From Chrysomallon squamiferum (lineage: Eukaryota > Animalia > Mollusca), in the NCBI GenBank assembly GCA_012295275.1, contig CM022670.1, positions 18,538,001 through 18,602,000 on the forward strand: a DNA stretch of 64,000 nucleotides. Direction: 5' to 3'. Shown here piece by piece: positions 1 through 14,054 of the stretch (position 1 is its first letter; every line of letters begins with the position of its first letter). Below the pieces are notes generated by a model. The model did not search any database and was not told where the DNA came from. It saw nothing but the letters and a program-made list of their open reading frames with translations. A program made the translations under genes and the position numbers.

Positions 1-286
1 TGTTATTATAAATCATTTGTTTACTAATGGACTAAAATTATATTCTTTGCATTAAGATAGTAACGACTGATATATGATTTTACTGTATTTAATTATCTTT
101 CAGTGTGAATAAATCTTTCAGAATAGACACTTTAGTTTCCATCTTTACAAGAAATGATATTGTAAAATAAATATTCAATAAATTTATTAAAGATATTTAA
201 AATAAAATAACTGAAACATTAAAAGGAGCTACGGCTATTTCAGTATTAAAATTACAAATGTTTTGGTAAATTAATTTGTAAATTTA

Positions 287-297
<11 letters not shown>

Positions 298-362
<65 letters not shown>

Positions 363-400
363 TAATAATAATGACGATGACGAAGATGATGATAATATAA
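298..400. repeat. (AAT)n/(GAT)n microsatellite
   Basis: Direct reading. Representative of dozens of AAT/TAT/TAC/ATTT tracts across the window. Confidence 0.95.
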
Positions 401-803
401 TAAACTGTTATTGTGATTAGATAGAATTATATTATATAAATATTTTTTTATAATTTAATAAAAACAAAATTTTAATAATAATAATAATAATATAAACATT
501 TTGTTTCAGCGACAGAGATGGAATTCTAATTCACTCAAAACAAAATATAATTATGATCATTCTAAGAAAGCTAGAAATAATTTTTTCATAAACAGTTTAT
601 TTATTAAATATGAGTGTAGTTTTCTGTCTTTATTTTTATTAACTTTAATTATTTCAGACTTTACTTATAATATACGTTCATTAATGTCTTCATACAACTA
701 CTTCTACATCTGCAACAGCCACATCTACTAGCTTTACTACTGCTACCACTACTGTTACTATTAGTATTACTACTAGTTCTACCACTGCTACTACTACTAC
801 CAC

Positions 804-846
<43 letters not shown>

Positions 847-1177
847 GACCGATAATTTTCGGATGTTACATACGCAGAAACACATGTACACACATATAAT
901 CACATGCCCAGACACACACATACGCACACACATGCATACGCAATTATCTTTGAGAACGTATAAAATAACGTTATTAATTTTTAAATACGTTATTGTTTTT
1001 AAGCAGATAAGAGCGAGCCAAAGTTGAAAGAAAAATCTTATTAGCGTGTGTAATTTTGTGGAATAAATATTTAATTAAATTACAGAGTCTCTTTGAAGTT
1101 ATTAATGAGGAAATATAATTAATTTTATTGTGAAGGAAAGAAAACATATATATTTTTTTTCTGAATCACAAAGTTGA

Positions 1178-1242
<65 letters not shown>

Positions 1243-2752
1243 TAATATAATAATAATAATGATAATAATGATGAAATAAAATGATGATAATGATATATTT
1301 ACATTAATGTAAATACTAAATAATCAAAAAAACAAAACAAAAACAAGTATATAAAAATAATAAAACTAAATAAATATTTTCTTCAAATAGATATTTTAAA
1401 CAATCAATAAAAATAACAAGAAAGAGAAAGAATTCCCCCCACACACAGACAAATAAATAAATACAAAGCAACCAAACAACCAAACAAACATATAAATAAA
1501 TAAATAAATTAGTAAGTTAGTAAATAAATAAACAAATAAATTAGTAAATAAATAAATAAATAAAAACACTGAAGATGAACATTGTGTTATAGTTGAATGG
1601 TATAAAAATACTACTTTAATGGAGTGTACAATAAATTTTCAGCCAAAGGTTGCAGTTATTTGATTGTCATCGTGTAAATGTAAAACAAAAAAGTTCTAAT
1701 GTATGTAAATAAGTAAGTAACTAAACAAATATATAAACAAACAAACAAACAAACAAACAAATATATAAATAAATAAATTAAATAAATTAAAATAAAATAA
1801 AATAATAGATAAATAAATAAATAAAACAAATAACAGTAATATTTCAACGTGTGAATTAAAACACAAAATTAATAAAAATTTAAACGCCGATAATAAATAA
1901 AATTAATCGACAATTAAATGTACCATTAATTTCCATTTAATACGCTTCGGTACTGTAAAGAATTCAGAGAATTAACATTAACTTTCTCATCAGACGTCCT
2001 CAGGGGAACTGCCTGCGGTTTTTAAAGTCATTGCAAGGTAATATTCTCTCTTGCACCAAACTCAAGTACCAATCGAATATGTCCAACACTCGTTCATCTC
2101 AACCTTCTTTTTCTTTTTTTTTTTTTTTTTTTTTTTATTATTATTATTTTTTAAATTCACCACAGTCGCCGTTTCGTTCGAGAGCTCGTCAATAAACCGG
2201 TATCGGTTGCAAAACGGGCACGCGCCTTTTCCCGGACAAAAACAAACATACGAGCCATTAACTAATTGAGCTGAACGTGGTTTGATGGCACATAAAGTAT
2301 TCCACCCTACTTTTTTTTTTTTTTTTTTTTTTTTTTCTCCTCCGTCTTCTCTAAAGAAACTGATGAGATCGCACATGTTCTATACTTTGAAGTTTACGCC
2401 TAAATGCTTAACACGCAAAGCTTTTTCACGGTAGATAAAATCCAATAAAAAACAAAAAATAAAATATAAAAATTGAGAGGAGAAGAAAAGATGAGAGACT
2501 TTTTTCTTTTTGTGTGGCCAAAATGAGATCTACTAAGAAAATACAGTAAACTATAAGCATGAAGTAGTTGTTGCATTCTTTCTGAAAGGAAATCATACGT
2601 TTCCAATTTGTTCATTTTCTGCTTTGAATTTTCTTATTTATCAAAGAATGTTAATTTTGTTCATCTGGGAATTTTTATTTACGTGTGTGATATTTTTAAT
2701 CCACAAGAGAGTGAAGATATAGAAAAAGAAGAATTATTTTTATATTTATATT

Positions 2753-2788
<36 letters not shown>

Positions 2789-3062
2789 TCATCATTACTG
2801 TACGTCGCAGATAAGGCGTGTTTGCATGTGTTTATATGTTTATGTGTATGTGTGTGTTTATCTCTTAATAGCAAAGTAATATAATTATATACATATATCT
2901 TCTTGACATCACAGGAAATGTTAATTTATGTCTAACGATAAACACAGTTTAATTGCCTCGTTCTTATGTAACAGTTCAGTTAATGACTTTATTCATCATG
3001 TAAAACTAGAAACTATTAATTTTTGTTATTATTAATATATCATGTTTTATCATCATCAGAAT

Positions 3063-3136
3063 CATTATTATTATTACTACTACTACTGCTGTTGTTGTTA
3101 TTATTATTATTACTATTATTATTATCATTATTACTG

Positions 3137-3181
<45 letters not shown>

Positions 3182-3202
3182 TTACTACTACTATTACTAC
3201 TA
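3063..3202. repeat. Compound (TAT)n/(TAC)n microsatellite
   Basis: Direct reading; source of the poly-L and poly-Y ORFs. Confidence 0.95.
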
Positions 3203-4783
3203 TATAAAATGCTCATTTGTTATTCTGCTTATACTGCCCAGTGTCCTACACATAACAATTATAACGATTATCATCACTGTTATCTTCATAAATAATTAAT
3301 AATATTTTAATGGTAAATAGTAAATACGGCCTGTTGTTCTTTTTATATTTAATTTTATAATTACTACTTTTACAATATCCGCTTACTTTTACTTCTGTTT
3401 CTGTTACAAGTGTTGTTGTTATTTCTCATACTCTCACTAAATAATACTGCTGTTAATATTATTATTGCTGTTGTTGTTATGACAACTAATATCATCCTTG
3501 ATATTTTAATTATTAATACTGCACTACTGTTATTTTGTGCAATCCTAATTTATTTATTGCCCATTTTATTTTTGCAATTTGTCCTAAATATTGATATATA
3601 AATTATGATTATTATCTCTGTTGTTGCTATTATTATTATTATTGTTATCATCATTAGCCATTATTATTCTATTATTATTAATTTTCCATTATATTGTTAT
3701 TTCAATTTTTGTTGTTGTTAACAATGTTATTAAGAATAATAATTTTGTTAATTTTTATTACTGTTGCTGTTACTTCCGTTATCATCATCATCACAATGAT
3801 AATAATAATAATAAAAATAACAACAACAATAATATAATAATAATAATAATTATTATTATCATTATATTACTGTTGTTGTTGTAGTTGTTATTACCTCTTT
3901 GATTATTAGGTCCCACGCTGTCTGTATTGTCAATACACTTACTGTTGCTAATATTTTTTTGTGCTTTTGTTATTATTACAAATGCGGCTCTTGCTATTAT
4001 TATTATGCCTGCTCTATGTTACCACTCGACGACTTAGTATTTATAAAAGAAACTGGCTTATTAATGTCTTGTGGTTTTATAAAAGATGCAGCTACCAGGT
4101 GACATTTATTACAAAGTTAACGGCTACAGAAACACAATTAAAACTAGAACAAAAACTAAAAATAGAAAATCTTTAACGGAACAAAAGCATTACATACTGG
4201 TAGTGTTTGTCAATGAAAGAATTATGTTAAAACACTACTTATGTGTGTGCTGCTGCTGCCACTGTTACTGTTGTTGTTGCTGGTGCTGCTAAGATATCAA
4301 CATCGACACAAACTAAAAATACTATTACAACAACAACAACAACTGCTACGACTACTGCTACTACTACTACCACTACTACCACTACTACTACTACTTCTGT
4401 TACTGCTTCTTCTACTAAATATCAGTCCATCCATTCATCCATCCATCCATCAAACATCTGTCTATCCATCTATCCATTGATCGATATACCGAGCTGTTTA
4501 TTTACAAACGCACCGGCCTACTGATCTATCTATCTCACACACGTATTACAACATTTAACTTTCTATATAAATCATGTATTGCACGTTGAAGATTTTTCGT
4601 ACGGGGCTTGGTACATTATTGTTCTCCACTTCTGACACCCGTACTTCGCCTGACACGAACTGATGAACGAGACTTTAATTACTTGAGCCCCGAGCCACGC
4701 TACTAATAGAAACTTTAGAAAACATTTCACTGGCGTGTCATTTCAGTAAATTAAAAGCAGATTTCCGTACTCGACGCAAACAG

Positions 4784-4825
<42 letters not shown>

Positions 4826-5296
4826 GAAGAAAAGAAAAAATAACCAAAGCAAGTTCTGTTAAGAGAAATGATAGAGCATTCCAAGCTGCCAGAAAACACA
4901 TGTTAATATTTACTGTATTGTATTTTCTATGGTGTGTGTGTGTGTGTGTGTGTGTGTGTTGTCATGTAAGTACATATACAGACATACAAACATACATTCA
5001 TATATATATATACACACACACATATATATACAAACATAAATACAGACGTACATAATACATACATAATATATATACACACACACACACATATATACACATC
5101 ATACATACATATACACATATATACACACACACACACATTATACATAAACACATAGATACATACATAGATATACACACATAGATTCATACATATATAAATA
5201 TCTGTGATACATACATGCATATCTACGTAATATAACGTACTAGATTTGGCAAGTTAATTTATACTGTTATCGCTATCTTTATCGATATTATTATTA

Positions 5297-5339
<43 letters not shown>

Positions 5340-5614
5340 TTTCTTGTTGTTATTATTAGAAGTACTACTACTACTACTACTACTAGAAATAGTGGTAGAA
5401 TTAGCAGTAGTAGTAGTTTTCAACATGGTTATTAAAGCTAGCGTTCTTTTAAAACTGTACACACTGTGTATAAAGTTACACTTGTTCAAAGCACACAAAA
5501 CACTTTGTATATTAAACAGCGACTCCTGGACGTCTGGCTGACATCCGATACAAAACTAAACATTTCATTTCATTTGTCTGTTTCTTTATCAAACTGTTTT
5601 TATAAAACAGTAAT

Positions 5615-5682
<68 letters not shown>

Positions 5683-5795
5683 TGTATTCACGTATGTATT
5701 TATTTGTTTACTTATTTATTTATTTATTTATTTATTTACTTATTTACTTATTTATATATTTATTTGTCTGCTTATTTGTTTATTTGTTCATTCAT

Positions 5796-5838
<43 letters not shown>

Positions 5839-6138
5839 TTTCCAAATCCATTATTAAAAATGACAGACGCACAACTAACAACAGATTTTCTAAATACAAA
5901 CAGAAGTATTGGTATTAGTAATAGAATAGTTTTACTAGCAGCCGTAAACAACAACAACAACAACAGCAGCAGCAGCAGTAATAATGTTAATAATAATAAT
6001 AATAATGATGATGATGATGATGATGATGATAATAATAATAATGTAAGTGGTGGTGATGATGATGATGCCTATAATTACTCTGTTATCTTTATATAAATAT
6101 CCTCCGTTCGTTAATACAGACATTAATTTTGTTAATTA

Positions 6139-6197
<59 letters not shown>

Positions 6198-7693
6198 TAG
6201 CAACAATAATAATAATAATAAAAACATTTTATAATTTAAGGCTGCATGCATATATTGTCCTAATTCAAACATATTCTGTGTTTTATAGTTATAAATAACC
6301 AGAGACTTGATGTTTAGGTGGTTTAATTATACTTTTTATAGGTTCATGCTCAAGGCGCCAACAGAGGAAACTTTAATTAAAAATTAATAATGGAAAACAA
6401 AAGAATATCCTAACTTTTTCATTTTGAAACTGTTTTAATTAAGTAAGAGTCAGGCAGATGCACATAATTGTCAAGATGAAGAAAAAAAAAAAAAAAATTT
6501 TTTTTTTTTTATCAAAAATTATAAATAATTAAGTTAAATTTTTCTCTTAGCTTTTCTTTTGTATATATTTCCTTTGCTCTGCTAGGTAACAGTATTTTTA
6601 CATAATTATTATTAATTTATTTTCTTTTTAAAGGTAAAAAAGTAGTTTATATTACAGTATATATTTATTATAATTACATTTAATACTTTAAGTAGTTAAT
6701 ATTAAATATATAAATCTGTATATTATATTAAATTACAAAAGTTAAAGTTATCTTTTAATAAACAAATAAATATATCTTAGTGAAATGTATATATATATTT
6801 AAATATTTAAATTTTCTTTTAATTGTGGATTTTAATATAATAATAATAATGATAATAACAATAGTAATAATAACTGTAATAGTATTAATAATAATATTAA
6901 CAGCAGCAACAACAACAGTAATAAATTCATAAATAAATAAATGTATGAATGAACAAACGAATAAATGAATATTTAAAACTGTCGGATAAAATCATCCCGT
7001 TTTTATAAAGTTAATATTAGATGTATTTTGTTGCTGTCGTTGTTATTGTTGTTGTTGTTGTTTATTACGCTCCATTCAGAACAGTTATTCACTTTACAGG
7101 ACAGAACTATGAAATATAACAAGAAATCCCTTATAATTTTGCATATATAGAATGAATCATACCTAAACATTTATTTTCTTATTTTCAACGTTATATCTCA
7201 ATTTATTAATAAACAAACAAATAAATAAATATGAAATTTTCGTATATATGTGTGTGTGTATGTATTTTGTGTGTGTGTGTGTGTGTGTGTGTAAATTCAC
7301 AAACACTAACATACATACATATGTAGATATATAATATTTTATATAAAGAATGAATGAATAAATAAAATGTATTAACGATACATCGGCAAGACATTATTTC
7401 TTATCTTGCAGACATGTTAATAAATCTGTTTAAGATTTAAATTACAACGCATGGTGCAAAAACAGATGATATTATGTTTAAATACAAGCGCACCAATTTT
7501 AAGCTGTGTTCTATATTTTTCACCTCAAGTTTGTGTATCCTTGATAATTAATGAAAGTAGGTAAATTGTTATTTTTTTAGGTCAAAACTTCCTGGTTCAC
7601 GAATACAGATTTTAACCTGGAGGTATGTATATAAATATATGTATATTTCGAGAAATAATAATAATAATAATTAATAATGATGATGATGATGAT

Positions 7694-7725
<32 letters not shown>

Positions 7726-9218
7726 CAACAATAATAACCAATAATAATAATAATAATATGTTAACTGTGGTAGTAATAATAGTAGTCGTACTAGAAATAG
7801 TATAAATTAATAATCATAGTAGTTATAGAATAAATATTACTAATCACATAATAATTGTTGTAGCAACAGTAATAATAGTGTTGTTAATAATATAATAATA
7901 CTGATGTTTTTTAGTGATAACAGTATTTGTTATTTTAGGTAACTGTTATTTATAATATATTTTATTTTAAACAGAGAAATGCAGATATTTTGTATAAATA
8001 TTTTAATTACTGTTGTTATTATTATTATTATTATTGCTGTTGTTATTTTTATTATGATTTTATTATTATTTATTATTATTATTATTGTCATCATTATTGT
8101 CATTATCATTTATATTATTATTGTTACTGACATTGTAATTAACTAATGATGTATCAACTATGTTCACAAACTTAACTTTTGACATGAATGATATATCTCA
8201 TTACTCATTATTTCTGAATATTTTGTAAAACATGAATGAACTTTTCGTATAAAATGTATTTTTCTATCTACAATGACTAATTATGATTGATTAAGGGATT
8301 TATGATAAATTAGTTGCGTGCTTGTCAACTTTTATATTAAATCTATTTGAAAAAAATATTTGTATGGAATTGTTTAAATTATTTAATAGTTTACATTAAA
8401 AGTAGAAAACATTGTTTTTCTTAACGTTTTTGTTTGGTTTTATTATTTTAAATTGTTTTGTTTCTATTCCGCTGTGTGTTGTTCTTGGTAATATTTTGCA
8501 ATTGAGTATTTTCAGAATGGTTGGCGGTTTATTATTATCATTATTATTATTATTATTCTTAGTGTTGTTGTTGTGATTATTAATGTTATTGCTATTTTCT
8601 ATTAAACATTTTAAAAACCTAAACCAGTTTTTATTATTATTATTAATATTATTGCTGTTGTTGTTTCTGTTGTCGTCGTTGTTGTTGTTGAACTGAAATG
8701 ATTTATATTTTTATACATTTCCCTGACAGCTCTGTTAACACGGAAAGGTGATAGTTTCTTATTACGAGTATTTGTTGATACTTGAGTTTGTGTTTTCTGT
8801 GTGTGTTTTTCACGTCTCTACAACCAAGCCATCTGGCTAGTTTTATTTTCTGAAGTTACGAACTTTGCTCTAAGAATTCAGTTAATTCGAACTTTCTCAG
8901 AACAAAGATAAATAAACGTTGTCTGAAATCTCAACGATAAACGTCAACTTGGGTGACACCTTAACACTAACTTACAGTCAGTGTGCCGCATTTGCTCAAA
9001 TATCAAAACATGTTCACGGATTTCATTTAATTTTTTTTTTATTATTTATTTATTTATTTATTATTTTTATTTATTTTATTTATTTTATTTATTTAGTTTT
9101 TTCTTTAATAAATTTTTAGCACCAAGACTAAAATGGTTAATTTCTTTTCTTTTCCTTTTTATTATTTATTATTGTATTTTTCTTTTATTGTATTAACTAA
9201 CAGATATATATGCACACA

Positions 9219-9253
<35 letters not shown>

Positions 9254-9345
9254 TATATTGTATTAATTAATATATATGTATATGTACAGAATGTAAACCT
9301 ATGTTTAATGCGGGATAAATATATTAACTGTTAAAAAAGAGAAAT

Positions 9346-9380
<35 letters not shown>

Positions 9381-10109
9381 CCCATAATAAAATTATTATC
9401 TTCTATTTTTATTATTTATTTATTTGTTTTATTTATTTAGTTATTTATTATTATTAAAGTGGTTAAAAAAGAGAAAAAATCACTTTGCTACTTTTACGTT
9501 TAATACATTCACATAAATACAGACACAAGTTTACAGTTTTGACAAGAATATTTTAAAACTTAATGATTTACACAAAACAAAATAATAATAAACATTATGA
9601 CCAGTTTGTCACAGCGGAAATGAGATATGTTTGTGTCATTTTTAAATACACGTATCTTTGGATATGCTTTCTTTGTTTTTTTAGTCAACTTCTTTTTTCC
9701 AAGGCAAATAAATACGTAGTATGCATGTAGACAAAAATATCCTACATGTAAAAAAGTACTTAAATACCTATTCATCGAGGGTTGTTTTTTTTTTCTCTTT
9801 TCTCTTTGTAATAAAATTATTAATAATTTATATATATTATTTTTCATCACTTGAAAATAAATTTCAAAATCCTGAAAACATAACCCTGGTATTAAATCCA
9901 GTCCATATCGTTGAGTTTTTAAAATTTGAAAATTTCACTTCCTCAATAGTAGTCTTATTTATTCACTTACCGTTAGCGTCACACGAGTAGAAGTTTGTAA
10001 ATTAATCCCATCATTAAAGAAGGAAAAGAAGAAGAAATAAAATACGTGTTGTTGTTTTTCTTTTTTTTTTCTTTTTTTTTTAACGTCACATGGTGTCTGT
10101 CGTGTGTAA

Positions 10110-11216
10110 TCAAAGTTTGTCCAGACTTCTCGGGTTGGTAAGCAATTCGCGTAGTATCCGCCACACTTGTTTGGCTGCGTTATCCATCGCCGACGTAGAT
10201 TTTCCTTTGAACAGGTCCACGTTTGGCAGAAAATAGTGCGGACATCGCCTGTTCTGGAGACACGAGATCAGCTGTAGGAGGATTCCGTTGATACGGTCTC
10301 CTAGGCAGGTGTCGTCCCACTCGACCTCTCTCGGGTGTTTCTCACATTCGTACAACAGCAGGGTCTTCATGTGGTAACACATTATCGGCTGGCCCGGCTG
10401 GTCCAAGTGGCGGTCCCGCAGAGCTTTGAGGATGCTGAGGCATTTTCTGCGACAGCCTCCATACAGCAGTCGATCCTCCGCATACCTGAAACTCATAACC
10501 CAAGCGTCCCCTTCCGCGGCCGACTGTTTATCTTTCATGTATATGCTTTCCTTTGACAGCAAGTCAAAGCCTTCTGTTTTCACTTCGGCTACTAAGTTAG
10601 GGTTGGGCCAGGGCACGTGGGGTATGGGCCAGTGTGCCGCCGATCTACACCAAATCCCGCCACACCTGAAAGCAGGCGTGATTTGGACCACGTAACGTTC
10701 TTTGATTCTGAGTTTGACTTCTGTGGTGTCTGGAATCATCTTGACAACATCACGGTAACTACATTTGTCCACGGCTTGAGCAACAAGAGTCTGAAATCGG
10801 GATCGGATCTTTCTCGCAGACAAGTATCCCGAAGCCGTAATGAATTCCACCCATAACGACATAGACCGTTTTCTACCGTCACTTAGTTTTAACACAGCAC
10901 AACCAGGTATCGTCCCGTCGTCCACGAAATTGAACACTCCCATCTGGTTGAGGTAAAGAACCACCTCGAATTCCGTGGGTGACACCACTTCGAGTCCCTC
11001 GTACCTGGAGTTCACCTCGGTTAACGACGAGATGAAGCGTGGCTCCTGCACCTCCACCTCCTTGAGAACGTCCTGAACCACTTTGCACACTTCGCGAATA
11101 GTCTTGTTGATGTTTCCTTTACGGGTGGATACCCGCTCATTGTAGTATTTATTCAGCTGAAAAAGCAGTTTAGACTGAGCTGCCATCATGTCGGGACCAG
11201 ATCCTTCTAGGAGCAT
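10110..11216 (-). CDS. mab-21: Protein mab-21 (MAB21L1/MAB21L2 orthologue), single coding exon, 368 aa
   Basis: Uninterrupted ORF matching Mab21 as I recall it over its full length: MAAQSKLLFQLNKYY, EVEVQEPRFISSL, YLNQMGVFNFVDDG, LSDGRKRSMSLWVEFITASGYLSARKIRSRFQTLVAQAVDKC, YECEKHPRE, LLQLISCLQ.RRCPHYFLP, TNPRSLDKL. GC content is clearly higher than in the flanks. The Met at 11189 aligns with the vertebrate start (MIAAQ). Confidence 0.98.
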   Translation of the reverse strand: MLLEGSGPDMMAAQSKLLFQLNKYYNERVSTRKGNINKTIREVCKVVQDVLKEVEVQEPRFISSLTEVNSRYEGLEVVSPTEFEVVLYLNQMGVFNFVDDGTIPGCAVLKLSDGRKRSMSLWVEFITASGYLSARKIRSRFQTLVAQAVDKCSYRDVVKMIPDTTEVKLRIKERYVVQITPAFRCGGIWCRSAAHWPIPHVPWPNPNLVAEVKTEGFDLLSKESIYMKDKQSAAEGDAWVMSFRYAEDRLLYGGCRRKCLSILKALRDRHLDQPGQPIMCYHMKTLLLYECEKHPREVEWDDTCLGDRINGILLQLISCLQNRRCPHYFLPNVDLFKGKSTSAMDNAAKQVWRILRELLTNPRSLDKL

Positions 11217-12004
11217 CTTAAAAACTGATAGAAGTTTAGAAATAATAAATATATATGTATCTTTTGAATGCTGTCTTTTCAGAATCTACGTTTTGATGAA
11301 ACAGGTAAGCTTTGTTACACTAAGTAGCCAGGCCAGGATGCTAACTCTGGCACGATTTGTTTACAGTTTACGAAGAGGCAGTCATCCACAAAACTCACAA
11401 CAACACTCAGGTTGCAGACACTGGTTTATCCTGTTAGTCTGAACATTGTTTGTATGTTATCCCAGTAAAAGAATGGCTGACCAAAGACAGGTACGTTGTT
11501 CTCTATTCACTTGCTACTATACAGCACAATTCGCCGTGTCCTCATTATGATTGTCTCAACAGTATTTATTAAGTCTCAAGTACTGCGAATAGCCTCGCTG
11601 TGTCATCAGTGCCAGTCGCCTGTCATTCACCAGCACAGTGGGCGTTTACTGCTACAAACTATCCTCAGACATACACCAGTCAAACATCTCCACTTCAGTT
11701 TGATCTTTAACGAGGCAGTAGTGAAATTCGATCAAAAGTGTGCTTCTTGTGGCAATGAACATCGCATCCAATTGTAATTCGACTCCGCCTTCACATCCAC
11801 GAAGCTCCTCCTTCGCATAGTTTGTCTCCGCCTCTCTCATCAAAGCCAAATTAGTGTTCTCGCTGTGTTCGTAGTTCCGGATCACCGCTCTTCACTTAGT
11901 TTATCCACAAACGACACTTTTCGTCCACGGCTCTATCTGTCGGCGGCACTAAAATACTTACAAAAAGGTTTTCCCTGGATTCTGCTTCTTTCTGGTTTTG
12001 CTTA

Positions 12005-12035
<31 letters not shown>

Positions 12036-12879
12036 GAAAAAAAAAAGGTTAGAGTGCTTTCCGATGTTGCGAATTAACGTAGTTACGTGTATTTCTGTTG
12101 ATGTGGAAATCGTGTTAAGCTGCAGCGACGTTTTCAAGCATCTTGTCAACTTGTGATGTATCCTTGCAACGTTCTGGAAGCTACTTTCAAACCAATAATA
12201 TTATTCTACTTTTCATGGTTATAATTTTGTTTCCTCCTGGCTCTGTGGTATTCATAATAATCACTTTTTTCTTCTCCTTTTTAGTTATTATTACTGTTAT
12301 TATCATTACTATTACTAATATCACGATTTATTTCCATGTTTTATTATTTTGATTATTATTATTATTATTATTATTTTTATTTTTATTTCAAGTAGAAAAA
12401 TGATGTCGCTTTAAGTAATTATAGTTTTCTATTATTTAATTTTTTTTTTTTAAAATAGAGAGAAATGGTTAAAATAAAAAAAATGTTGGCAAAATTAAAA
12501 GAAATAAACATAATTATTGTTATAATTTGTTGTAATTTGTCGGTTAATAATAATAATAATATGTTTATGCAAATTATATATATTCTATATGCATCAGTAT
12601 AACAAACAATTAATAAAATTATAACAAATTAAGAAAAATTACATCAATGTCAAAACTCAATAAGCTGATAATTCATTACGAAACAAGAGAAGATAAAACT
12701 AAAACAATATAAAAGCATTGTTTTATTATTCTTACAATTATAATAATTATTTACTATTACAATAATACGATACAAACACTACAAACACTACAAACACTAC
12801 ATAAAGACTACATTTCGAAGAACATCTGCTGTTAGTTTTCTTTCCCATACGGAAAACGTGAAAGTAATTTTCAACTGGT

Positions 12880-13300
12880 AATTCTTCGCATGCTCAAACT
12901 CGGCAACCATTCATAACATTACAAATACGAGCAGCGTCGTTTTCACGTGATGGTCCTCGGACTTCATCGGACGCTGCATACCGTCAAGAAAAAAAAAAAA
13001 TTAAATAAAATTAAAAAAACTGTTTTATCACGACCAACGGATTGGACTAAGACGAGAAATAACAAACAAGGACCCATGTAGGAAAATATGTTTGTGGGTT
13101 CGGTAGTCGTCTGCCAGAAGATTTTGTTTTGATCCCGTCAATTAAAGGAGCGTACATAACGTACTTCGTATATCCCATACGGCGCCGGCTCGTTCGGTCG
13201 AGTGGGTCGGAGCTGGCTGATCTGTCAACACGGGCAGCAGTGGGGCAGGGCGCCGAGTGAGGGCCCCCAGCTCTTATTTCAACATGAAACAAACCAATAG
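12880..13300 (-). promoter_or_regulatory. GC/CpG-rich island, candidate mab-21 promoter or proximal enhancer
   Basis: One of the most GC-rich non-coding patches in the window (13170-13270), about 2 kb upstream of the ATG. CCAAT boxes near 13041 and 13294; E-box CACGTG at 12944. Confidence 0.45.
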
Positions 13301-13945
13301 AAAAATAGATTTGCACTCGTTAAAGTTTTGTTCAGTGTATGTTAAATGTTTTCTTTTTCTTTCTTTTTTCTTCTTATTCTTCTACTTTTTTTTTTTTTTT
13401 TTTTTTTTTTTTCCTTTTTGTTCTTCTTTGTTTTCTTTTTTTCTTTCTTTTTATTTTGTATGTTTTATCACATTCAGATGTGCCATATTTTGTTACAAGT
13501 TTAATTCTGACGATTTTTAAATTTTTTTTTCTCTCTCCCTTTTATCTCTTTTTCTTGTATGAAATGAGGGTTATTACAAAAACTGTGGTAGATAATTTTG
13601 TTTCCCAACCACCCATGTAGCTGTTGTTGAGAAAAATTGTTTGACTGACAGACAAATATTACACACACATTTGAAGTTAATAATAATAATAAAGAAAAGT
13701 TCTTTTAGCTGTCCGCTTTCACAGCATCACTGAAATGTGTATATATAATTACTGATACTTAGATACGATCAAATAAAACATATATAAATATACAGTCATT
13801 AGAATATTAATGTATAATAGCATAAATAATTTATTCGTAAATAGATGTAAAAAAAAAAAAAAAAGGAGGTGAATAAATTAAGGAAAATACAAACCTTTGT
13901 AGTGGACTAAATGAGATGAATTTCACAGAGGTAAAGTACTTGTGC

Positions 13946-14054
<109 letters not shown>

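Noticed and set aside
4578-4600. TATTGCAC, the 5' end of the miR-92 family
   Set aside because: The rest does not match miR-92 and I see no precursor hairpin.
501-9990. Many ORFs with poly-L/Y/I/N/T or YLFI/CVCV repeats (also throughout 13-63 kb)
   Set aside because: They are translations of AAT, TAC, ATTT, CA and GA microsatellites with no domain content.
10335-11088. ORFs overlapping mab-21 in other frames or on the other strand
   Set aside because: Shadow ORFs of a GC-richer coding region.
10110-11216. Reading mab-21 as a cGAS/cGLR immune sensor with the lipase as a CBASS-like effector
   Set aside because: The protein is the conserved developmental Mab21, not a divergent cGLR. The lipase is a secreted, intron-containing pancreatic-type enzyme 35 kb away, unrelated to patatin CapV effectors. 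Nothing links them.
11652-11885. 77-aa minus-strand ORF upstream of mab-21
   Set aside because: Non-ATG start and no recognisable similarity. More likely UTR, intron or regulatory sequence.
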